Shown here one piece after another: positions 13,129-26,813 of a stretch of 64,000 bases of DNA. The DNA comes from Eledone cirrhosa. Taxonomy: Eukaryota. A program made the position numbers and the translations under genes. Where the stretch lies: positions 6,138,001 to 6,202,000 of the forward strand of contig OZ024746.1 of assembly GCA_964016885.1 (NCBI GenBank), given 5' to 3'. The number at the start of each line of letters is the position of its first letter. Position 1 is the stretch's first letter. The notes under the pieces are model-generated. The model saw nothing but the letters and a program-made list of their open reading frames with translations. It was not told the DNA's origin and did not search any database.

Positions 13129-13252
13129 ATAATTGTTTCTACTTTTAGCACAAGGCCAGCATTACTGGTACTTTATTTTATTGACTCCGTAAAGATGAAA
13201 GGCAAAGTTAACCTCGGCAGGATTTGAATTCAGAATGGCAGGGGCCGTAACT
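13129..13252 (-). mobile_element. SINE family A, truncated
   Basis: Reverse complement of the core and tail. Confidence 0.8.
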
Positions 13253-13589
13253 CACAAAACTCATTATTTGCAAAATAAGTGATAAACTATGTAAAAAATG
13301 GGAGAAATAATTTAATAAAGATACAGCATATTTATGTGGGAATGAGATATTAAAAATGAGGTGTCGTAGAGTGGCGTATTGCTGGGGCTCACCCCGCCCC
13401 CTCAAATAAAAATAAAGAAAATTGTTGATCGAAACATTTGGTGGACAAATTCTTAAATTTTCAAAAAATATTCTATAATTTGTTCGTTTATCTTAATTAT
13501 AGGAAACATAATAAATTATGTACAATACATTAATTAATAAAGATAGTTGGATAACATCCATTAGCTTGACTGGTCATGCTTGGGTATCA

Positions 13590-13700
13590 AGCTGGATCAG
13601 TTAGAGATGTTTGCTTCTCACAGACTCGCTGGAAGGAGTGTTTGACTGGAAGGACGCTGCCCCTACGACCCTCTCAGAAATAGGTGGGTCAAGAAGATAT
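13590..13700 (+). mobile_element. RTE-like LINE 3' end remnant
   Basis: gctggaaggagtgtttga...cctacgaccctctcag matches the reverse complement of 14040-14080. Confidence 0.5.
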
Positions 13701-13911
13701 TGTCAATTTACTTTTCAATTTACATATCATATCTATATGCATATATATTTGCGTATGATCCAATATGCACACTACACAGGTTAGCAGGAAACCACCCGAT
13801 GGCGCTTCTTCTGCTAGTAAAAACAATGACAAATTCCATTTTCTACCTTATTATTTTCATTATGTTGAAATTGCGCTTTTAAAAAAAGGTAGTACCTTTT
13901 TCAAGACAAAT

Positions 13912-14330
13912 CTTCTTCTTCTTCTTCTTCTTCTTCTTCTTCTTCTTCTTCTTCTTCTTCTTCTTCTTCTTCTTCTTCTTCTTCTTCTTCTTCTTCTTTC
14001 TTTCATTCTTTCTTTCTTTCTTTTCTGTACGCTTATTCCTGAGAGGGTCGTAGGGCAGATTCCTCAAACACTCCTTCCAGAAGGTCCTCAAACACTCCTT
14101 CTAGCGGGTCCTGTCAGAAGCAACCGTCTCCAACTGATCCAGCTGGATCCTTAAGTGAGACAGCCAAGCTCATGGATGTTATCGAACCATCTTGCTCGGG
14201 GGTCTACCCTTGGGTCTCCTGTCGATTGGTTATGCTCGTAAAATCTGCCCAACGATTCTTTCCTGAGACATTCTAACCACATGACCATAGTATCGAAGCT
14301 GTGATCTCTCACTTCGGAGAAATAGCTATT
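13912..14330 (-). mobile_element. RTE-like LINE 3' fragment with (GAA)n tail
   Basis: Degenerate [10 protein letters not shown]...[13 protein letters not shown]-terminal motif; long (CTT)n on the plus strand. Confidence 0.7.
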
Positions 14331-14427
14331 ATCTATATTATCATACGTCATATTATCTCTCATTCTCTTGTCAATTCCTTTTTCATTATCCACCACTGTA
14401 AATGTATTTATGTACATGTATATATGC

Positions 14428-14554
<127 letters not shown>

Positions 14555-14826
14555 GAGGTTATATTTAATTTGTTGGGATTCAACAAGCTTAAACATGTTT
14601 ATAACTGATATAAAGCACTCTCTCCCTTACATATCATCTTCTTCCAACAGTTTAATTTTATTTTAATAAACCGTTATCTTTTCAACCTCTCGGACACTCA
14701 TTTGCATACTCACTAATAACTTTGTATCACCCTCAATAAATGTAATATCTCCACTATCCAGGAGCTCCAACCGTTAAGGTTGTCTTTTTTCCGGGTATGT
14801 CAATATTTATTTATAAAACAAATCTG

Positions 14827-14892
14827 TATTTTATCTGATGAAGGCGCACCATAATTTGCCTTGGTTGCCCTTGAAATATGTATAATAAAATA
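14827..14892 (+). ncRNA. Type I hammerhead ribozyme motif in a ~380-bp unit between (TA)n tracts
   Basis: UAUUUUAU-CUGAUGA-[aggcgcacca...ugguugcccuu]-GAAA-UAUGUA-UA-AUAAAAUA. 8-bp stem I. Confidence 0.8.
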
Positions 14893-14956
14893 AATATGGT
14901 TTTATAAATATAGTTTCCATTTATTAATATATTGTATATATATATATATATATATA

Positions 14957-15066
<110 letters not shown>

Positions 15067-15144
15067 TAATACACCAAATAAATTGTTTGTGTTGTTGACT
15101 TCATAGAATGTATCTCGTCGAGTCTGTAAAGCGGTTGTGCTGGT

Positions 15145-15290
15145 GAAGGCGCATAGCTTAGGGGTTGGAGCATTGGGCTTGCAATCGAAAAGTTGTGAGT
15201 TCAATTCTCGGACCGGGTGTGTGTTGTTTCCTTGAGCAAGACACTTTATTTAACGTTGCTCCAGTTTACTCAGCTGTAGAAATGAGATGA
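15145..15290 (+). mobile_element. tRNA-derived SINE family B (CORE-like tccttgagcaagacacttt)
   Basis: gaaggcgcatagctta head, gagttcaattc B box. Second copy at 54016. Confidence 0.65.
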
Positions 15291-15503
15291 TAGGACTGGG
15301 GTCCCTATCATTAAATTACCCAAGACACCTCCAGCGAGATATACCTTGGAGGAGACCAGCTAAACCTGCCTAGGTGTGAGCTGTCACACACACTGGTGTA
15401 GCAAAATTGCACCACCCAATATATTCTCTAAAATTACTCATTTTTGTTGGAAAATGATGAACGTCTGCACCTCCAAAAATGATAGGAGTAATACACGTTT
15501 GGT

Positions 15504-15660
15504 ATCATATTCATATTACTGATGATTTTAGACCCATTGAGGCAGCTACTATACTCTGTTCATTATCTCTATGAGTTAATGAACAGAGTATAGTAGCTGT
15601 CTCAATGGGTCTAAAAACATCAGTAATATGAATATGAAATCATTATCTCTATGAGTTAAA
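15504..15660. repeat. ~60-bp-arm palindrome with a duplicated spacer
   Basis: tcatattcatattactgatg...tctgttcatt / aatgaacaga...catcagtaatatgaatatga; cattatctctatgagttaa is repeated just after the right arm. Confidence 0.85.
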
Positions 15661-15748
15661 GTTCAAGTATATTCACTGTTCCCCTATATTTAAACTGCGA
15701 TTGTTCAGTGAATTAAGATTTATTAACATTTTACCAACGTATACTTCA

Positions 15749-15845
15749 TAATTGTTTCTACTTTTGGCACAAGGCCAGCAAATTAACCAGTGTATTACTG
15801 GTACTTTATTTTATCGACCCCGTGAGGATGAAAGGCAAAGTTTAC
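15749..15845 (-). mobile_element. SINE family A, truncated
   Basis: Reverse complement of the core and tail. Confidence 0.75.
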
Positions 15846-16261
15846 TTCATAATATAAACATATAACGTCTGGCTTCGTTTTGTTTCATAGCTATGATTGT
15901 TTAACGTATTTGCTATATACATTATTAAAACGACACGTTTTCAATAATTTTAATAACACAGTCACAATGGAAAGACGAACAAAGATGGAACAGTAATTTC
16001 TCATAAACAGTTGCATATAACGTTTTCAACAGCACGCACACTTCTTGATAAAAAGATAAAAATAATAGATAACAATACTGAAGCTACAAGAATTGTTACA
16101 TTGTATAACAAAGGATGTGGTTTTCAAACATGTTCTTCAGGGATCCTCTAGGACTTTAAACTATCTTAAGAATTAAGCACCTTCAAAAGAAATGGTGTGT
16201 TCCACGGTCAGTTCTCTATAATGTTTCAGCTATGATATAACTTTCAAAAAAATTGTGGGAA

Positions 16262-16365
16262 TGGTTTTTGATTTAGGCACAAGCTCAACAATTTGGTGGA
16301 AGGGGAAAATCGATTAAATTTTCCCCGATGCATTACTGGTACTTTATTTTATCCACCCCGTAAGG
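16262..16365 (-). mobile_element. SINE family A variant, truncated
   Basis: cattactggtactttattttatccaccccgtaagg. Confidence 0.65.
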
Positions 16366-16367
16366 GG

Positions 16368-16850
16368 TCTTCTTCTTCTTCTTCTTCTTCTTCTTCTTCT
16401 TCTTCTTCTTCTTCTTCTTCTTCTTCTTCTTCTTCTTCTTCTTCTACCTGAGAGGGTCTTTTGGCGCAGATTCCTCAAACACTCCTTCCAGCAGGTCCAT
16501 CTGATCTAACAGATCTAACTGATCTAAGCGAGACCAGTCAAGCCCATGGATGTTATCTAACCATCTTTCTCGGAATCTACCCCTGGGCCTCCTGTCGGTT
16601 GGTTTTGCCCTTAAAAACTGTCCAGCGATTCTTTCCTGAGACATTCTAACCACATGCCCTTAGTATCGGAACTATGATTTCTGAATTCGGAGAAGTAACG
16701 GCTCTATCTTGAGTGACTCTCTGATCTCTGAGCTTCGCACTCTATCGAGTAACATTACTCCAAAGAGCCTTCGGGGGTATCCCATTTCGTGATCGTATTC
16801 TTTCGGTCATTACCTAATATTCATAAGCATGGGTAACGGTTGGCATGAAT
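16368..16850 (-). mobile_element. RTE-like LINE 3' fragment with (GAA)n tail
   Basis: [37 protein letters not shown]. Confidence 0.75.
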
Positions 16851-17360
16851 ACTATATTCAACATCATAATATTTTCTGACCCCACTAATACTATATACAG
16901 GTCATAATGTTTTCTGACGTCATCAATATTATATTCAACGTCATAATATTTTATGACGTCACTAATATTATATTCAACGTCATATTTTCTGACCTCACTA
17001 ATATTATATCAACGTCATAATATTTTCTGACGTCACCAATACTATATTCAACATCATAATATTTTCTGACCCCACTAATACTATATCAACGTCATAATGT
17101 TTTCTTACGTCATTAATATTATATTCAATGTCATAATATTTTATGACGTCACTAATATTATATTCAACATCATATTTTCTGACCTCACTAATATTATATC
17201 AACGTCATAATATTTTCTGACGTCACCAATACTATATTCAACATCATAATATTTTCTGACTCCACTAATACTATATCAACGTCATAATGTTTTCTGACGT
17301 CATTAATATTATATTCAACGTCATAATATTTTATGACGTCACTAATACTATATTCAACGG
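16850..17360. repeat. ~38-39-bp minisatellite
   Basis: Unit approx. tcataatattttctgacgtcactaatattatattcaacg, with a repeating multi-unit variant pattern. Confidence 0.9.
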
Positions 17361-17849
17361 CTTCATACACAGCTACCTCATCTCCTGTAAATGTTATGTT
17401 TGTATCAAGTCGAAACAAATAAATAGTGTAGCTCACTTCAAATGTCGTCTAAGTAGAATCTGTGTGAATATTTACATAAGTTGATTGTAGAAAAATTCAT
17501 CTCGGAGAAAATTAGGATTCATAGCCGAATACTTTGCAGTTGTTGGTATTTTATTACTAAGGGAAAAGCAACACATGTAAACATGTTAGGTTGCAAGTAT
17601 GTAATGAATATTTACTGTTTCTTGTTCAGGCAAGTAGTGTTAGTAAGGAGTGAATATTATTGATATGATACTTCCAGTGATAGAAGTAGTAAGATATATT
17701 GTCATGCTTATATTTATGTTGCTAGTATAAGTGGCTGATAACGAATATGGCGCTATATCATAAATATGTATATATCAGTAATAGTGAAATTGCTGTTGCT
17801 GAAAAGTGAATAATGAGGGTAATAATGATAGTATAGCGGGGTTGCTGGA

Positions 17850-18165
17850 GGGGTGGAGATGATGGTGGTGGTAATAGTAGTGGTGAGGGTGGTAGTGATA
17901 ATAGTGGTGATGGTAGTAATAGCGGTGGTGGTGGTAATAGTGGTGGTGGTGAGGGTGGTAATAGTGGTGATGGTCATGGTGGTGATAGTGGCGGTGGTGG
18001 CGGTGGTGGTAATAGTGGTGATGGTCATGGTGGTGATAGTGGCGGTGGTGGCGGTGGTGGTAATAGTGGTAATAGTGGTGGTGGTGGTGATAGTAGTGGT
18101 GGGGTTATAGAGGTGACGCTGGTGGCAGTAATAGTGGTAGTGGTGGTGATGGTGGTTGTGGTAAT
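17850..18165. repeat. Degenerate (GGT/GAT/AGT)n trinucleotide repeat
   Basis: Direct reading. Confidence 0.85.
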
Positions 18166-18184
18166 AGAGTTGCTAGAGCTAATA

Positions 18185-18400
18185 GGTGATTTGGTAGTAT
18201 CGGTGGAGCGTCAGACACTTTGTGGCATAGAGTTATGGCCCTTTATATCCCGAGTTCAAATCCCGCCGAGGTTACCTTTGCCTTTCAGCCGTACGGGGTC
18301 GATAAAATAAAGTACCAGTAATACACTGGTGTCGATTTGATCGACTTTTCCCCCCTCTACCAAAATTGCTGGCCTTGTGCCTGTAGTAGAAATCATTATT
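18185..18400 (+). mobile_element. SINE family A
   Basis: Head, B box gagttcaaatcc, core and tail all present. Confidence 0.8.
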
Positions 18401-18877
18401 GTTATCAGAAATTATATTGCAATGAACTTGATTGTTGTGATGTTGACAATTACGACAGTTGCTGGTGACCAACAGTAACAACGATAAAGGGTTGGAATAG
18501 TTGAGTAATGGCAAGACTATCATTGGTAGAAAAATAAAGGTAATTTATTGGAATGACTTCTAATGAATCTGTTCATTTGCAGAATTGTAAAGAATGTCAA
18601 AAGACGAACATGAAAGGCAAGTGTAATAATGATTACAATAGATATATTTTATCTACGTGGTAGCAAAGAAATTGGAATTAGACGAAATTGAAAGTAGAAT
18701 TGTGTGAAAATGTGACGTGAATTAGACAATCTAAAGAATAACTGCAAATATCATTAGCAATAGAGCAATAGACACGTGGAGCACAAAGGCATCAATTATC
18801 ATTTTCTTTCAACAACTTACGAATACACTGTCGTAAATTAAACATCTAATATATATACGCATGCACACACAGAAAAT

Positions 18878-18975
<98 letters not shown>

Positions 18976-19234
18976 GTTGTTGGTGTTGTTGGGTTCTGAT
19001 CTAGTGATCTTAGTGCTCCAACAAAGGTGGGAGAACTCAATATTAATAGTAGAGTTAATATATAAGTTGATGTATTCATTATCTTACAACATAGCACCAA
19101 TATTTCAGCAAAGCGAGTGTTCACTAAAGCCTTTTCAGAGAAGTATTGAGATGTTGTTGGTTCGTTCTCCCTCTTCCTAACCACACACTCTCTCTCTTTC
19201 TCTCTCTCTCTCTTTTTCCCTTGCTCTCTCTCTC

Positions 19235-19316
<82 letters not shown>

Positions 19317-19357
19317 GGTGTATGTATATATATATATACATACACCCACAAACATGT

Positions 19358-19484
<127 letters not shown>

Positions 19485-19619
19485 TTCGTTACCTGAAAAC
19501 GTGTGTTGAAATATATTGCTATACTGTATATATATATTCACACAAACAATATATATATATTCACTACCCTACGCTAGCTACGGCTGAAACAGATTTTCAG
19601 CAATTTCTTTACGAAACGG

Positions 19620-20680
19620 TGTAGAGTTAAGGGTAGATTTCGTGAGATATGTAGAATTAAAGGTAGATTTGGTGAGATATGTAGAATTAAAGGTAGATTT
19701 GGTGAGATATGTAGAATTAAAGGTAGATTTAGTGAGATATGTAGAATTAAAGGTAGATTTGGTGAGATATGTAGAGTTAAAGGTAGATTTGGTGAGATAT
19801 GTAGAATTAAAGGTAGATTTGGTGATTAAGTAGAATTAAAGGTAGATTTGGTGAGACATGTAGAATTAAAGGTAGATTTGGTGAGATATGTAGAATTAAA
19901 GGTAGATTTGGTGATATATGTAGAATTAAAGGTAGATTTGGTGAGATATGTAGAATTAAAGGTAGATTTGGTGAGATATGTAGAATTAAAGGTAGATTTG
20001 GTGAGATATGTAGAATTAAAGGTAGATTTGGTGAGATATGTAGAATTAAAGGTAGATTTGGTGAGATATGTAGAATTAAATGTAGATTTGGTGATATATG
20101 TAGAATTAAAGGTAGATTTGGTGAGATATGTAGAATTAAAGGTAGATTTGGTGAGATATGTAGAATTAAAGGTAGATTTGGTGATATATGTAGAATTAAA
20201 GGTAGATTTAGTGATATATGTAGAATTAAAGGTAGATTTGGTGATTAAGTAGAATTAAAGGTAGATTTGGTGAGATATGTAGAATTAAAGGTAGATTTGG
20301 TGAGATATGTAAAATTAAAGGTAGATTTGGTGATATATGTAAAATTAAAGGTAGATTTGGTGATATATGTAGAATTAAAGGTAGATTTGGTGAGATATGT
20401 AAAATTAAAGGTAGATTTGGTGATATATGTAAAATTAAAGGTAGATTTGGTGAGATATGTAGAATTAAAGGTAGATTTGGTGAGATATGTAGAATTAAAG
20501 GTAGATTTGGTGATTATGTAGAATTAAAGGTAGATTTGGTGATTATGTAGAATTAAAGGTAGATTTGGTGATTATGTAGAATTAAGGTAGATTTGGTGAT
20601 TATGTAGAATTAAAGGTTGATTTGGTGATTATGTAGAATTAAAGGTAGATTTGGTGATTATTTAGAATTAAAGGTAGATT
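19620..20680. repeat. 30-bp minisatellite (~35 units)
   Basis: gtagaattaaaggtagatttggtgagatat tandem. Confidence 0.97.
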
Positions 20681-20804
20681 AACAGAACAAGGCGTCTCTC
20701 ATTTTTCAATTCCAGATGTTACAAATTCTTCAACTGTAATTCTTTACTTAGACCCATGTAACATTGGTCTACATTTATGTAGTGAGACTTTCTCTTCTAA
20801 TCCT

Positions 20805-21242
20805 GCCTCACACACATACACACACATACAAACATACACACACATACAAGCACATACACATACCGACATATACACGTACACACACATACACGCGCAGACA
20901 CCCATATAAAAGCATTCACACGTATACACATACATACAAACACATACAGACATATACACGTACAGACACCCATATACAAGCATTCACACATACATCCACA
21001 GACATACAGACGCATGTACGTACAGACATATACACACATACACGTACAGAGCCACATCTACATACATGCACAGATAGAGACAAACACAAACACACCTGCA
21101 CACATACACATACATACATGATTTGCATGCAGACGATCATCTGCTGTTACAGTATTTATTTGAATATAAAAACTAAAGGATTTAACTTCATTTAGCAGAG
21201 ACGTGTGATATATATTTAACAAGCTTGAAAATATCTTATGTA

Positions 21243-21295
<53 letters not shown>

Positions 21296-21296
21296 G

Positions 21297-21381
<85 letters not shown>

Positions 21382-21600
21382 ATGTGTGTATGTATGTATG
21401 CACATATGTATGTATGCATGTATGTATGCATATATATATATACACATATATATGTATGTATATATGTATATATATGTGTATATATATATATATATATGTA
21501 TGCGCATAACCACACATACAATATGTATGTATGCATATATATATATATGTATATATATGTGTATATATGAATGTATGCTCACAACCACACACATACGTCT
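20805..21600. repeat. Compound CA/TA/GT microsatellite region
   Basis: Direct reading. Confidence 0.9.
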
Positions 21601-22359
21601 AAAAATATTTATTCACAAATAATACAAAAAATACAAACAAGACTAAGAATTTGTAATAAAATCAATCAATATCAGCGAACTTCTCGTGCCGTTTAGTTGT
21701 TGTTGAGGTTTTTTTATGTTGGAACTTGTAGAGATTACGACTGTTATACTGGAGGAAAATCTGCAAAAGAGATTTTCCGTGTGTGCTATATATATATATA
21801 TATATCTAAAACGTGACGGATCTGATTACCTAACCACTTAAAACGATGATTTTTAAACATAAAAATGCTCAGATTATTTAGTGCCATATCACATCAGTTG
21901 TGATAAATTGACTTTAGCGTATGAGAAGCAATTATCTCTACTACGAAGAAAATTATGGAAAATAGTAATTGCCAAGCGCTCTGTTATTTTGTTGCAAGCC
22001 AATTTTCCCATGTATAGAGGAGAAAGCGATTTACATTTTTGTACAATATTGATGTAAGATTATTCGAGAATGATCCTATATGGGCTATACGAGAAAAACC
22101 TTTAATTAATCTATGACAGGGGTCATTTTCTGGATTTCCATGCGTGAAATCTGGTAACACAAACCCGTCTATTTTTTTTATTAAAAATTCCACAACTTGA
22201 CAATGTTCTGGAATTTAATGATTACATTCATTTGTTTACTACACACCTAACGGAGTGAAAGCATTCCTTCAGATATTACTATCACCGTAGCATGTGGTAA
22301 TGGAGATATACCCCAAGGCTTGCTTATAAATACTATCATCATTATGTTTTAACCACTGG

Positions 22360-22550
22360 AGGGCGGTGGATTGGCAGTATCGGTAGAGGGTCGGACGCCA
22401 AGCTTTCCAGCATAGTTACGTCCCTTTACGGTCTGAGCTCAAATCCCGCCGAGGTTGACTTTGCCTTTCATCCTTACGGGGTCGATAAAATAAAGTACCA
22501 GTAATGCACTGGAGGAATTTCTGGCCTTGTGCCAAAAGTAGAAACAGTTA
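22360..22550 (+). mobile_element. SINE family A
   Basis: Full head, core and tail. Confidence 0.85.
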
Positions 22551-22654
22551 TGTTTCAACCACTGGTGCTGCCAGTCGTTGGGGTGCCATTCTAGATGTGC
22601 CACTGGTACCGAAAGTCGTTGGGGTGCCATTCTAGATGTACCATTGGTGCAACT

Positions 22655-22860
22655 ATTCGTTGGTGTTGCCCTTAAAATCTGTACAGCGATTCTTTCAAGA
22701 GACATTCTAATCACATAGCCATAGTATCAGAGCTGTGATCTCTCCATTCGGAGAAGTAGTGATTCTCTCATCTCCGAGTTACGCATTCTATCGCGTAAAC
22801 ACATTTCGAAGGAATCTCATTTCGGCCGCTTGTTTTCGCGATCTATATACCCATGACTGG
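22655..22860 (-). mobile_element. RTE-like internal fragment
   Basis: YGYVIRMSLERIAVQILRATP; similar to 16445-16850. Confidence 0.6.
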
Positions 22861-23457
22861 CGGATATATATATAACTTACTTAAGTTATAAAAATATATA
22901 ATTATACTATTTGTATATATCTATTACTCTCTCTCTCTCTGTATATATATATACATATATATTCAAAAGGTAAACAGAAATAACAATACAATCGGTACAG
23001 TATATGGAAGGAATATATTAAGTTAACGTTCTAAATAGCAGGAAGAGGGTCGTACAAATTGAAAGGACTGGCAGTGCGGAATCGGAAAAAAATGCTTTTA
23101 GAGAAAAATAACAGGTCCATTTATGTTGCCATCTCTTGGAAAACTGTTGATACAATATACAAATAGTGTAATTACTTCTCTTGCCTAGCATATTTATAAG
23201 AAACACGACCAATTGTGAATTACATAATTATAGTACAATTTGTTAACTAAAGTCATTTATATTCCTAACATTTAAAATAACGTAAGCTTTTTTGTTGTTT
23301 TATTTGTTTTTCTTGCATTACATATATTATTCTATGAGAAATATTTGAGAAATGATGCTCCTGAGGTTGGATCAATTATGTCCAATATTTGAAATATATG
23401 AATATGATTACAGCGGATCGTTGTAATTCTAAACTCTTCTCAGAGACGTTCTTTATA

Positions 23458-23645
23458 ATAATTGTTTCTACTTTTGGCACAAGGCCAGCAATTACCCAGT
23501 ACATTACTGGTACTTTATTTTATCGACCCCGTAAGGATGAAAAGCAAAGTTAACCTCAGCGGGATTTGGACTCAGAATGACAGGGTCTGTAAATCTATGC
23601 GTCAAAGCATGGCGTCCGACCCTCTATCGATACTGCCAATCCACG
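23458..23645 (-). mobile_element. SINE family A
   Basis: Reverse complement of the full unit. Confidence 0.85.
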
Positions 23646-24367
23646 TGTTTTTTCCCGCTACTTGTTACATGCGATGTTCTTCTTTCAGTAAATAGCAGTA
23701 TTTATTAAAACATGTAGTTAATAAAATACAGTTTGTAATCAGGCAGACTGGTTCATGATTGGTTGTTATTTAAGTCCAAAATTTGTAGATCAATGATGCT
23801 ACAGTATGGTTTTAGGGAAATTTGGCTGCTATTTTTATTATGTCTAGCGAATTAATATAACTGTCTTTATATCTATTATACATAAAATGTTTCTCATATG
23901 TATGTTAGCTCTGTTTTCAAATACTTATATTGGTGTATATTTATAGTGATAGGGAGAAAGATAGACATATATCAGCAGACACAGGGACATACACACACAT
24001 ATATAGACACACACATATATAGACACACACACACACACAATTTATTATCGATATAACACCATATTTGCAGCCTGTCCCTGGATCGAATCTTCTATTTTCT
24101 ATCTTCTATTTTTTCTCTGTCTCCTATCTTCCATTCTATGTTTGGGTTCAACATATCCTGTTACATAATTCTGCACATAAAATCGCTTTGTCTTGCATCA
24201 TAATCGGATCATAGAGCTGGGACATCGAAATAGAATTCTAAAGGAAATTTTCCATTCAGGCTTTGTGTTGTTTTAATGAGTATATATATATGAGTATATA
24301 TATATATATATAAAATAAAGTAATTAAGTCAAATATTTAAGATTTGGCTTCGTTTATTAAAGATGTA

Positions 24368-24420
24368 CTGCTATATATATTTCGGTGACAGCCATCATTG
24401 GCTGTCACCTCTTCAGGCAA
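24368..24420 (-). ncRNA. Type I hammerhead ribozyme motif
   Basis: UUGC-CUGAAGA-[GGUGACAGCCA auga UGGCUGUCACC, perfect 11 bp]-GAAA-UAUAUA-UA-GCAG. Confidence 0.88.
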
Positions 24421-24748
24421 TTCGAATTGGTGTGGTAGAGACAGGTACACATGTTGTTAAAGTATTTTACTCCGTCAATACTCCGATATGTCCAGCTCTT
24501 GGTTGGGTTGTTATTTCTCTGAGGAACTGGAATCATATGAATTCGAACAAATGAATTTCGGCATCATAGGACACTCTCTCCTCCCATTGGTCAGTTGTGA
24601 GAACATTCCTCAGTCAAAAGTTCGAATTTCTTATGATTCCAGTTCCTCAGAGAGATAACAACCCAACCAGGAGCTGGACATATCGGAGTATTGACGGAGT
24701 AAAATACTTTAACAACATGTGTACCTGTCTCTACCACACCAATTCGAT

Positions 24749-24801
24749 CTGCCTGAAGAGGTCACAGCCAATGATGGCTGTCACCGAAATATATATAGCA
24801 G
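24749..24801 (+). ncRNA. Type I hammerhead ribozyme motif
   Basis: CUGC-CUGAAGA-[ggucacagcca auga uggcugucacc]-GAAA-UAUAUA-UA-GCAG. Confidence 0.88.
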
Positions 24802-24939
24802 TACATCTTTAATAAACGAAGCCAAATCTTAAATATTTGACTTAATTACTTTATTTTACATTACTCCGGAGTAACCAAACCAACCTGCGTACTTCGTCGA
24901 GTGCTCCAATCTGCATACTGAGGTGTCGGTAAACAACCA

Positions 24940-25024
<85 letters not shown>

Positions 25025-25029
<5 letters not shown>

Positions 25030-25215
25030 GGATGAATGTTTAGTATATTTGGCAATACACCTTATGTTTAAGTAAAAAAACATTTTCGCGGAAAAGAGGT
25101 TAGTGACATAGTCACTACTTTAAAACTGATACCGTATGGTCTTCTAAATGGTTTTAATTAAATATACGGTGTATATTCATGTATACGTCGCTATTTCAGA
25201 GCACCAATACTAATA
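25025..25215. mobile_element. Degenerate, ribozyme-deleted relative of the foldback element at 51890-52225
   Basis: Shares tagtatatttggcaata, agtgacatagtcactactttaaaa and tcgctatttcagagcaccaat. Confidence 0.65.
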
Positions 25216-25248
25216 TATATATACAGAGAGAGATAGATAGATAGATAA

Positions 25249-25315
<67 letters not shown>

Positions 25316-25339
25316 CGTAGATAGATAGATACATAGATA

Positions 25340-26813
25340 TGTTTCTTTTATTTGCCACCAGGGTATCAAAAGTGGGACAAGTACAATGGGGGGGGGGTTT
25401 ACAAAACAAGGCGTCCTCAATAAGGGGGAGGCAATAACAATATATAAAAATAAAATAAAATATAACAAAAAATAAAATTTATAACAAAGTCCTCAATAGA
25501 GAGGAGGCGCCTTGGGGGGTCGCAGACACCCCCGAAAAAAAGTGTGCAACCCTTTTCCTCGGGAGCACAGAGAAGGGGTGCTCCCTTGGTCTTTCATCTT
25601 CCTCACCTATAGTCTGATGTAGAGTGAAGGCCCATTCACACGGGCCATTCTCGCCACTTTCACCCATCTTTCATAAAAACGGCTGGGGTGCAGCACCTCT
25701 CTCTCCATCCTGATCCTTCTTCCGAAATGATATCGGAAGAAACGGACCAGTTGTTGGCCAGAGAGAAAGGTGTCTGACCTCAGTCCTTTCAGACGCGTCC
25801 ACCATACAACCTCTTTCGCCATGGCTATTACGCACAGAAATACCGCCTCTTCTTCGTTTTTGAAGAGGGGAGGCGGCTTGATCGTTACAATAGACTCGGT
25901 GGTCAACCGGATCGGTCCCACCCTTGACAGCAGTTGTTCGACATAGCCCCACAGATCGGCAATGCCCGAGCAGTGTACCAATGCGTGTGCAACGGTTTCC
26001 TCGTCGCACACGCATCTGGGACAGATCTTTTTCGAGGGGTCGCTACCCGGGCGCCCGTGTCTGTAGAGCCTTTCTCGAACGGGCAGAGCCCTTCTGTAGC
26101 ATTGCCAGGCCAGGGACCTCTGAAAGTTATCCATGGGTCCCGGGCTGAATGTCCTACCGAACAGGTTGGCCAGTTCGTCTTCCTCCATGCCTAGGGCTTC
26201 TCCGAGGGCGTCGTCGCACCTGCTAACCACCAGCCCTCTATAGAATGACGAGGTGGATTCTCCACTGACAGCCGGGTCCGCTTGCCAGAGAGCCGTGAGC
26301 GCCTGGGCACACTCGGTGTGCCAGGCGCCCAGTTTTCTCGGTCTTTGCTTGACCCAGGATTGCAGCTCGGTGAGTGAGACGAGTCTGGGAAAGGCTCGCC
26401 TCACAAACGGGGCCCACACCGGTTGACCGGAGAGGAATACCTGAAGGTGCCGTAGCCTTAATGCGTGTTTACGTATCATTAGCCACGGCATCCCCAGCCC
26501 TCCTTTCGAAGGGTGTTGACGGCACGTGGAGGGGCAGATCGATGCCCTCCGATGGCGTCGTCGGGCGCTGGACGGAGGGCCCGGTGAAGTTGCTCGGGGT
26601 CTGGTTCGGACCAAACCTCCAGGTGGAGAAGAACTGGGGTGAGGTAACGAACAGGGTGTTTGCACTGACCCAGAAGTGGGCCGAGTGCAAACTGTCCCTG
26701 AAAGGTCGGGCGGAGGTGGCGAACACTTATATAGCGCCCGTCATCTACTACCGCCTGACCGTTGTGCCTTGCCCTAGGGAAACGCTCGCCAAAATGGAGC
26801 GCGCACTCTTCCA
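25340..26813 (-). mobile_element. 5'-truncated, 5'-inverted L1/Tx1-like LINE in a (GATA)n tract
   Basis: Minus strand 25340-26522: CRQHPSKGGLGMP...CPRCVCDEETVAHALVHC plus 3' UTR. Plus strand 26521-26813: upstream RT thumb VKLLGVWFG...LSLKGRAEVAN...ERALF. Confidence 0.88.

Larger units (their letters stand above)
24312..24941. mobile_element. ORF-less foldback element with two opposed hammerheads (family HH-1; Penelope pLTR-like)
   Basis: ~235-bp inverted arms (24312-~24548 / ~24620-24857), ~70-bp spacer, unpaired 3' tail 24858-24941, (TA)n on the left and (CA)n(TA)n on the right. Confidence 0.85.

Noticed and set aside
19095-19150. Minus-strand CUGAAAA...GAAA motif between microsatellites
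   Set aside because: Core G is missing and stem I does not pair.
19642-20521. Repeat-protein ORFs (RYVELKVDLV)n
   Set aside because: Open only because the unit is 30 bp; broken by indels and without gene context.
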